From the human T2T-CHM13v2.0 reference genome, Homo sapiens, in NCBI RefSeq assembly GCF_009914755.1, contig NC_060934.1: DNA of 64,000 bases. The stretch is one strand, 5' to 3'. A program made the translations under genes and the position numbers. Below, in pieces: positions 53,056 to 64,000 of the stretch. The notes below the pieces were generated by a model. That model made no database searches. It saw only the letters and a list, made by a program, of their open reading frames with translations, and was not told the DNA's origin. The stretch's first letter is position 1, and every line of letters starts with the position of its first letter.

Positions 53056-54959
53056 TGTTCCTTTCTCTTGAAGAAGATGGTTTGAAAATCTAAGAGCACA
53101 CAGTGTCTGCATTTGAAATGTCCTTGTAAGTGGAAGGGTTTGTCATGCATGACGTGAATCATGTCAATATCAAGTGGGAATAATCATTTCTGTGTGCCAG
53201 TTATCCCTGGGAGTATAATTGTAACTATGTTTGGCCTATGGTCTTTTAAATTATATCTATTATGTAATTATAGTATATTATCTTATATAATTATATTATA
53301 TATAATTTTAAAATGTATACATACATTTATATGTATGTATGTATGCAAATATGTATACATTCATATGTGTATATATAGGTATGTTTTGTCAATAAGGGTG
53401 AATCCTGGCTCTTGTTTATTCCTGATTCAGCTTAGAAACAACCCAGGCTATTTCAAGGGCATGGCATATGACACCTTGTGTTCTCAAAGCCAAAATACTC
53501 CTAATGGCAAATCTGCAAATTCTGCTTGAAAATGAATTCTTAAAGACCATTCTAGTAGATGTTTTGGATGTGAAACTTTTCATTTCCAGGAAGGTTGAAG
53601 AGATTGTTGCACCCTAAATAATACGGTCCTTGCAAAAGCTCCAGGAAGAGCACTTTAAAGATGCATATACTAAGATGTGTGTTCGGTCTCCTCTGGAGGG
53701 CACTCTAAAAAATTTGCATATGCAAACCCTTTGCGTATTTACCAGCGCAGGTGATGAGTAAAAGTAGGTTTGAATCAATTTAGTGGCATTTTTACACAGA
53801 GCTTTAAAAATTGGATACTGTGAATGTCAACTTCCACAAACCCCACAGGCCTTTCTTTCAGCCAAGCACAAATATTAAAGCGAACAAGAGCATTCAAAAA
53901 GAAATAGCTGGAAATATTATTTCACGTGGAATGCAAAGGAAGGTTTATAAGCAAACAGCTGGCCTTCTCCAAGGTACTTTATAATTTAATCTGTTTCATA
54001 TTTTGCTTTTCCAAGGGACTTTGAAAACTTCTTCAGGAAGAATGAAGATAACTGATGCCATTCCTTAGAACTGCAGACCATTGCTGGGCTTTGCGTTGAC
54101 TCAAGAGAAAGCATGGGTAGGAGAAGGGCAAGCTCATTCACCTCATCACAGGAAAAATAATTGCCAGAAACTTGTGAAGTTTCAAGTTCTATTTCCTACG
54201 TAAAACCCCTGACTACCACCCTTCTCTTAACTTACATGACTTTTTCTCTCTCCTAGCGCATACGCTAGTCACATTCATCTTCTTTCTGTTTCTTAAGTGT
54301 ACCAAACTCATTTCTCCCTTTCCAATTTTTTTCTCCCCAACCACTACATTTATTCCCATTATTCAGAGTAAAATTTGCATCTCCAGTAAAGATATCCTAG
54401 GAGTCTAACATAAATTAAGTCCTCATGCTATCTTCTTTTATAGTAGCCTGGATTCCTTCTTTATAAGAATTCTATATTGTATTATTACCTTGATTGCCTA
54501 TTTGATGACTGTCCCTTCATTAGAGTGTCAGTTTTAGGCAGGCAGGGGCTTTGTGTAGTAAATTAATGTAGTCATAGGATATAGAACGTTGTTCAGATCA
54601 CAGTAATCATTAATGTTGCTTTAACCAATGCAAGGAGAGGGACTTTTAGCTCCCTCGAAGGTACATTGCACTTGGCAGTCAACCACCTAGAAATCAGAAT
54701 AAAATTAATAAATATGAATCTTGGAATAATAGGAATGCCTAGTCAAAAAAGAGTAAAATTAAGCAGTATTTGAAAATAATTGTGACCTAATAATTTATCA
54801 TAGGTTTTAGTATTTTTCTTCTTGCTTCACTTCAGTTAAACTGACATAAAAGAAACATTGTTTCTCAAATACCCAGGGACACTGGAAAAAGGTGTTTGAA
54901 GATAATAGTGTGTCAATTAAGGCAAAGCTGAAGGATCCAGTCCTTTCTCTGGGAATTGA

Positions 54960-55346
<387 letters not shown>

Positions 55347-55409
55347 AGCATACAATTTTTATCCTTTCCTTATTAAGTCAAGAATTTTCACCTTTTCACT
55401 TAAAGGAAG

Positions 55410-57027
55410 TGATGGCAGCGGCAGCCATTTGGAGTGTCCCCTGCAAAGATGCCAGCCACAGCAGGAGAGGCACAGCTAGGGTTGTGCACTCCACCCAGTG
55501 GGAGCCAGGAACAGGCAGGACACTCAGCCCCTACCGAGTTGGCGGGAAGGGAGCCCTGTGCTCCCAGGCACAGCTGCATATGTCCAGTTGCAACTCCGGA
55601 CCCAGGCATCCCTGTGCTCTCAGGGGCCCAGGAAACTACCCCCCACAGCAGTCTTGGAAATGCCTGCACCCACTCCTGGCCTCTCCCTACTCCCAGTGCC
55701 TACTCCGACTTTGGAGCAATGTTGTGGCTGAGCCCGGGTGCTGTCACCACCCAGCTCGGTGTGTGCACACTCAGGGTGGTGCTGACATGCCAGGCCCCTG
55801 CCGCCTCAGCCCCCTTTGGACTTTGGGCACCGATGAGCGTGGGAGGGAGGCCAAGGGGCTGAGGGCAGCTCAGCGTGGGCCTGCAGGCCCCCTTGGAAAG
55901 AACAACCTGGGTCCAGTGAACCGCATGTTGATGGTGGGAGGCAGAAAGATTCCTGAGCTGAAAGGGCGGGTCTGGTGAAGCCCCACCTTCAAGCCAGGGA
56001 TAGCCTGAAGCCTGGAGGCTGAGCTTCCAGTTCTGGGTGGAGTCTGCCTCACAGAGTGATAACTTATGGTGCTTTTTCTGCGCCTGCTGATGGCCACCCA
56101 TGGACCAATCAGCACGCAAGTCCTCCCTCCTGAGTCCATAAAAACCCCCGGCTCTGCCAGAATCAGACAGATATTAGGACTACCAGCAGAGGGAGGGAGC
56201 TACCCACATCCAGTCTCCTCCATAGGACAACCTGTCTGCTGAAAGGGGCTACCCACTACAAGTCTCCTCTCTTCTGAAAGCTGGAGACTCCTCAGGATGA
56301 TCTGCCCGTGGAAATGAGCTACCCACTTCAGGTATCCTGAGAGCTGTTCTGCCGCTCAGTGAAGCTCCTCTGTGCCTAGCTAGCTCTCCAGTTGTGTGTG
56401 CCTCCTTCTTCCTGGATGTGGGACAAGAACTTGGGACCTGCTGAATGGTGGGACTGAAAGAGCTGTAACACAAACAGGACTGAAACACTCCCCTGTCCAA
56501 CTCACGCTGTGTGCGACAAGAAGGAGAGAAGACTTGTGGCTTTTCAGGGAACCCAGACCTAGGGGCTCCCCAAGCCAGGGATGTAACACTCTTTTGGGGG
56601 CTCTGTGGTTTCTGGCGTCTCCAAGCTTTTGGGTGCCACCGCATCTCCCCGTCCCGGACGCCTGTGCCTGCAGCAAGCCGCTTGCAGTACGTCTTGTCCA
56701 GCTGCAGCCTCACATGGAGCCGGCGCCTGTGCCAATGCCTAGAGCTGCCTGTCCCGCCACAGCAGCCAGGCAGCTCTAGGCACTGGCTGTGCCTGGCTGT
56801 GCGCAATGGCCGAACCCTGTACGCGCTCACCAGCATACTCCTTGCCGCTCTGCACCTGACTCGCCCTTGGTAGGCGTGGGATCCAGGCCAGTTACACAGA
56901 CTGAGTGCAGCCTGCCAAGCTGAGTGGGCAGCAGGGGCCAGTGGGCACAAGCAACACTTAGGCAGAAGGTGCCACCAGCCACAGAGGTTTCCGGCTGGCA
57001 AAGTGACACCCCAAGGATCCTGTGACA
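55410..57027 (+). mobile_element. MER52A-like ERV1 solo LTR (~1.6 kb, GC-rich)
   Basis: tgatggcagcggcagcc start and ccccaaggatcctgtgaca end; 'ggaccaatcagcacgc...ccataaaaacccc' promoter block; TSD gaag/gag. Confidence 0.88.
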
Positions 57028-57530
57028 GAGTGCTTTAGGGCTTCTCTTTGCCATATCCAAATTGCCAGCAACACTACTTTTGCGCTTTCGGGAATATCGC
57101 TGACTGAAATAAAATGAGAGTTTTATTAAAAAGGAAGAACAGTAGAGGAGATAATGGAAGTCAGTCAGCCATGTCTGCCACACCTATGATGGTCTCATGC
57201 AGATAAGCTAAAATTAAATAAAATAAGGTTCATTCTAACGCAAGTACTGCAATCCCATGACAGTTGATCAGATAATTGAGACAGCTGCTAAGTGACTAAT
57301 GGGTGGGGAACAGAGACAGGATGGATAGGCTACACAAAGGTATGATTCACATCCTGGGTAGGAAAGAGCCAGAAGGCATGAAATTTCATCATGCTATTCA
57401 GAACAGAACACAATTTAAAATTTATGAATTGTTTATTTCTGTCCTGTTCTGTTTAATATTCTCAGAGCACTGTTGATTATGAGTAACTGAAATCTTGGAA
57501 AGTGAAAGCACAGATAAGGGGAGACTACTG

Positions 57531-57930
57531 TATATTTAAGGTATTCAACTTGATGCTATGAGATACATACATATAAAATAGTCACTTTAGTGGCACAATT
57601 TAACATATCTACATCTCACACAGTTACCTATTTTCTCCCCTGTGACAAAAGGAACTATAATCTACTCATTTAGCAAAAGTCCTGAACACAATACACTATT
57701 AACTCTAGTTCTCATGTTGTACATTCCAATTTTCCACCTGTTTATCCTACATATTTGCTACTTTGTATCCGTGGAGCTACATTACCGCATTTCACCCCCA
57801 CCCTATCCTGACCCTGATCACCACTGTTTTATTTTCTATCTTTATATCATTTGATGTTTTTAAAAATAGAGTTTACATATAAGTGAGATCATATATTTTT
57901 CTTTTCGTGTCTGGCTTACTTCATTTAGCC
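57531..57930 (-). mobile_element. L1MA9/10-like 3' UTR
   Basis: 'tatatttaaggta...atctactcatttagcaaa...catataagtgagatcat...tgtctggcttacttcatttagc'. Confidence 0.8.
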
Positions 57931-58289
57931 CAATTAAAATTCGATTTGTATCAGTATCTTTAGAAAGCAACTCATCTGAGAAGTCTTCTCTTGCTTCCTT
58001 CCTGGGGGGTCCTGTTGCCCTTTCTTTGTGCTTTCGTAGCGGCACCATGACTCTCCTCTCAGCTGGTATCATGTTGCAGGGCAAACATCCGTCTGTCTCC
58101 TCTCACTGGATGATAAGATACTTGAAGGAAGGGATTGTATCTATTTTTTGGACCGTCAAAACCACGACTATAATACCTCAATAAGCATTTGCTCAATGAG
58201 TAAATGAGTATATGAATAAATTAGTGTTATTTGCTTCATGGCCTGGATTCCTCCATAGCAGAACCTTATCTGCATGAGACCAGCATAGG

Positions 58290-58772
58290 TGTGGCAGGTA
58301 TGACTGATTGACTTCCCAATATCTCTTCTATTCTTCTTCCCTTTTAATTATATTTCAGTCAATGGTAGTGCCAACTAAAATATTCATTTTCTAGTTTTTT
58401 TTTTTTTAAAAAAAACTAGAAAGTTTAAATGACAGTGCTTGCCAATGAATATAAGGAAATATGTGTTGGAAATTTTTGGAAATATGTTGCTTTTTTAACG
58501 CAAGCATTATCACTTCTTGTTGCTTCCCTCTTTTTTTCTGCCTATAATGCTGACACAGGGCAAGAAAAGAAGTCTTTCTGCAAGATGAGAGAGAGAAATC
58601 CATGTGCTAAGGTAGAGGGAGATAGAAGGAGCCTGGTTCTTTGAGCAGCCAGGATTACCTAGCCCTACATGATTAAAAATGGAGCAGCCAGGATTACCTA
58701 GCCCTCCTTTTGAACAAGCCATTATAATGGATTTCTTTTATATACAGCCTAATAAAATCCATAACTGATAGC
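58290..58772 (+). mobile_element. Old ERVL/MaLR LTR (LTR33- or MLT1J-like)
   Basis: tgtggcagg start, 'gccaatgaatataagga', 'gaaggagcctggttct', end 'cataactgata'. Confidence 0.5.
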
Positions 58773-60800
58773 ACTTAAAAGATTGCTTGAACTAATTGCT
58801 TTGGATAGAACAAATGAATAGGTATATAACTATGGTAATGAGCAGGAAAGTTTCTGCTTTGGTCCCCAAACCTAATGCCTATAGGATTCGGGATCTATTT
58901 CTAGGTAAAAATGATGATTTTGTCTTGTACCTTGCTGGGATTCAGTGATCCTTTGTGTTAAGTTCTATAATGCAGAAATGCCCGTAGACTGCTATGCCAG
59001 ATTCTTCTATGATAATACTCTCTCCAAGACTGTGTCTTTTAAACATGCACAAATTCATGCTCAATCCCATTTCTGACTTGAGATATAGATAATATGTGTA
59101 GAAGAAGGCAACATTGAACTAAAAATGAGAAGTTTTCTATTTCAGCCTTACTCTTTTGCCACCTGATGGTCAAGTTATATAATTTTTTAATGAGTTTAAA
59201 ATCACGGCAGGGAAGCTGCAACCACCTGTCACCAAATTTCTACTGCAATTGTGACCAAAGCCTGAAATTAAAACTCTTTTGACTGTTTCCCCATTTACCC
59301 TTCCAAGTGCAGCCTACTGAGACTCATGGAATTAGCATCTTAAAGAAACCCACACATCCCTTCACACTCCTGAAAACCACTGCCAACCACCCCTGCTTTC
59401 TCACAATTGTTCTCCAGGACTGCCTGTCTATAGCTGTCACCATTATTCATGCAACGCCCCCACCGAGCAGAGATGGAGAGAGAGATTGAGTTTGCTCACC
59501 AGTAAGTTGAGCTGTAAACTCAGGAAAATTGGGCTTCGCAAGGATGGAGAGCCTAGAGCTTTGACAGGCTGTGCTTCTGAGGAGACATGGAGTAAACCGC
59601 ATTCTCTTTATTCATCACTTAGTGAAAGAAAGAAACACCCTTTGTGAAGTTGTCTCCACAGAGGTATAGCACCTATGGCCACTTTTCCTTGGGGACCTTT
59701 AGAAACAAACAAACAAGGCTGCTTCCCCGTCACTGTGTAGAGAGTTCATGCTTTTAATCACAAGGCATATGTAGGTGATAAGCTCTCAATGGTAAATGTC
59801 TCAAAAATTATATCTGTAGACCAGATGTTTGTCACAGCTACTGACCCTTAAGATGTAGGCAAGATTGCCTTAAGTGTAGGACACACATGATTTCATGGCC
59901 TTTGGGAGTCCACAGCTCTCCCAAAAGATTTCTGTGAATTTCCATGTGGGTTTCAGCTTCCTTGATTTCCCCTGCTTTGGGGGGCTGGTAATTTTTCTCT
60001 TTTTTCTTGAATTCTGATCCAGAACAAAGCTTAGTCCTTTAATGCTTTACTCAACAATACCCCAACTGCATACTTAATTCACTCATTTTACATCAGTGAA
60101 GACTTAGAGATCATGAACAAAATATTACATATGGAAATCATACAGTAATCAACATCTTAGTCTTTATTAGACACTTTTCCTCCCGAAGGATGTTTCAGCA
60201 CTCTACAGCTCAGTATCCAGGCCTAGTCTTCTCTTCTTTGCTAATTTCTCATTTTCTCCTCTAGTCAGCCTCCTTCTTTGTTCTAGACTCACCACTAGAT
60301 GCTAATCAGGGAGTAATGTCGGGCGAGACCATTGCAGCTGTGCATCACCAGATCCTTGAAACCAGACAGACCCCCAAATTCTGGATTTCTGTGTGTGTAT
60401 GTGCATCTGTGTGTTGTTGGATGTGTCAGTAAGGATCTCTCTGTTCAGAATAGACTGTGAGTTTTAGAAATTATGAACACAAGGTACCAGACATTCTAAT
60501 ATGCTATAATCCAAACCACATTTTCTAGATTTACTTTTACCTCCTGAATGGGATCAAAATCTATCATCAGATTGGCTTTACACCACTTACACACTTACAG
60601 AGTGACTTTACACCACTCCACCCACTGGCCACCTTTCTGAAGCTTGAATGTTTGTACAGCACCCCACCCCAGCATAAAATGGAGATAAAAAGGATTTGAA
60701 GTTACGACACATTGAAGTAACATGGATTATTGGAGCTTAAGTCATTTTTCCATATCTTAAACTGGTGTACAAATAGTCTGCTTTACGAAAACCCCCACAC

Positions 60801-62502
<1,702 letters not shown>

Positions 62503-62829
62503 GTCCCCACACCAACTCCCTAAGCTTATACCACTGAGGAAGCTGAGGACTCTTTATTAGTGTCTTATAGGCACTGCTAAAATAATATATCATAAATAGG
62601 TTTAACAGTAGTCTAGTCTATTACCCTGCTGGTGTTTGCCAAAAATAAAGGAAAGTAAACAAATGAAATAAAAACAAAATGAGCAAGTGAAGAAAAAAAT
62701 CTATTTCATGCAGGTTATAACAAGATGTAATATATGTTTTCTCTTTACGAGAGTATTTGATGCTCTTTATATTAAAGATTACAACAATATGTTATGTGAA
62801 TACGTAATAATGTAGCTATATTTCCAGTA

Positions 62830-63030
62830 ATATAGAATAATTTTAGCACTTGTCTGTGCCAGGCATTTTCCTAAGCATTCATATAAATTACTTCATCTAA
62901 TTTCACCATTCAATGAAATAGATATTCTCATCATCCCTATGTTTCAGATAAAGAATCTAAGGCTCAGAGAGATTAGGTTAATAACAAAAAGTCATCAAAC
63001 TAAAATGTGCACAACTGAGATTTAAAAACG
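62830..63030 (-). mobile_element. MIR SINE
   Basis: 'agcacttgtctgtgccaggca...atcatccctatgtttcagataaagaatctaaggctcagagagattagg'. Confidence 0.75.
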
Positions 63031-64000
63031 TAGATCTGAATGAATATGGAGTCTACTTTTAACATTCCTAAAATTCAGTTTGCATAAAAAATTCATGAAG
63101 ACAGCTATTGCATAAACATGGCCCAGTGAATTAGTAAATGGGGCTAATATATGGATTATAGGGTCAAACAAAGCTAGGGAGTATGTTTCCAGGTAGCACA
63201 TCAATTTCTGTAAATCCTTGAGAACATTGGGTACTCATAGACAGGATGAGTTCTTAATCTAAAATGAAGAAATAACGGGTGATCAATACTTATATACTTC
63301 TTGATTAGACCTAATCTTCAGCAATATCCTACCCCGAATTTCACCTCCAACAACACTACTTTTGTGGGGAAGCTGTTAATATATAAAAGTCCATCTGTTC
63401 ACTTGAGAATAAAGGACCACTCTGCTCCTAATCCAATGTCTGTTGCTTTTACAACTTTGAATACAACATCAGAGGTTAGCTTTGATATTTCCTCAAGTCT
63501 TTCTGGCATTTCTAGTGAAAGAGAGAACCTAAAACGGAGTGTAATAAACTTTATTACCCATCTGCATCTCAAATGCAATATACATTAACTAGGATGCACA
63601 TGGATTTCCAAGTGTGATTGTATTTTCTAGTGTGCCTCTCTGGGAGGGAAACTATCTCAATCACCAATAGACCATATCTAAAAACTAACAGGTTACTTTG
63701 TTGTGACCAACTCTCATTTCCCAAAGTCTCCACCCAACATGGACCCTATTCTGTTGCATCAGTTGGGTGAACATTCTCCCGTTTTTGTATTTTCTTTGCA
63801 GCATGGACATTGGGTGTGAGCGCGTTTTTTGGAAAAAAAAAATTCAGTGTTCCATTAATGAGATAATGTATTTATTTATTATGACAATAAACACAGCTGC
63901 AAAATGGACCATAAAGAAATAGACGACTTGCAGATTTCTGTGCCCAACCTGTCAACTGTAATTGAGAAATAAATTAAATGATCCATCTGCTTTGCATCAT

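Noticed and set aside
63780-63830. Acceptor-like site ttttctttgcag near the window end
   Set aside because: No matching donor or ORF in the window; cannot be supported.

Overview
AT-rich, repeat-dense human genomic DNA. Alu elements show a primate origin, and an L1HS pre-Ta insertion indicates human. No intact protein-coding gene, RNA gene or CRISPR array is supportable: the longer ORFs fall inside transposon relics (L1 ORF2, MER52, THE1, Alu) and the rest look like chance frames. The window holds nine Alus (J, S, Y), seven L1 3' fragments (one L1HS pre-Ta, one L1PA2-like, one L1PA6-like, four older), many MaLR/ERVL/ERV1 LTRs including two relic proviruses with nested insertions, Tigger7/MER44 and MER112 DNA transposons, MIR/L2 fragments and microsatellites. 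The most unusual items are: (i) a degenerate 17-bp-period array (~43.2-44.1 kb) split by a 315-bp insert copied from ~2 kb downstream; (ii) a 150-bp non-tandem local duplication at 38.5/39.4 kb; (iii) a young L1HS with almost no target-site duplication; (iv) an ERVL relic whose pol segment appears inverted. I found no convincing novel biological system. Repeat family names come from my recall of consensus sequences, not a database search, and boundaries of old repeats are approximate.
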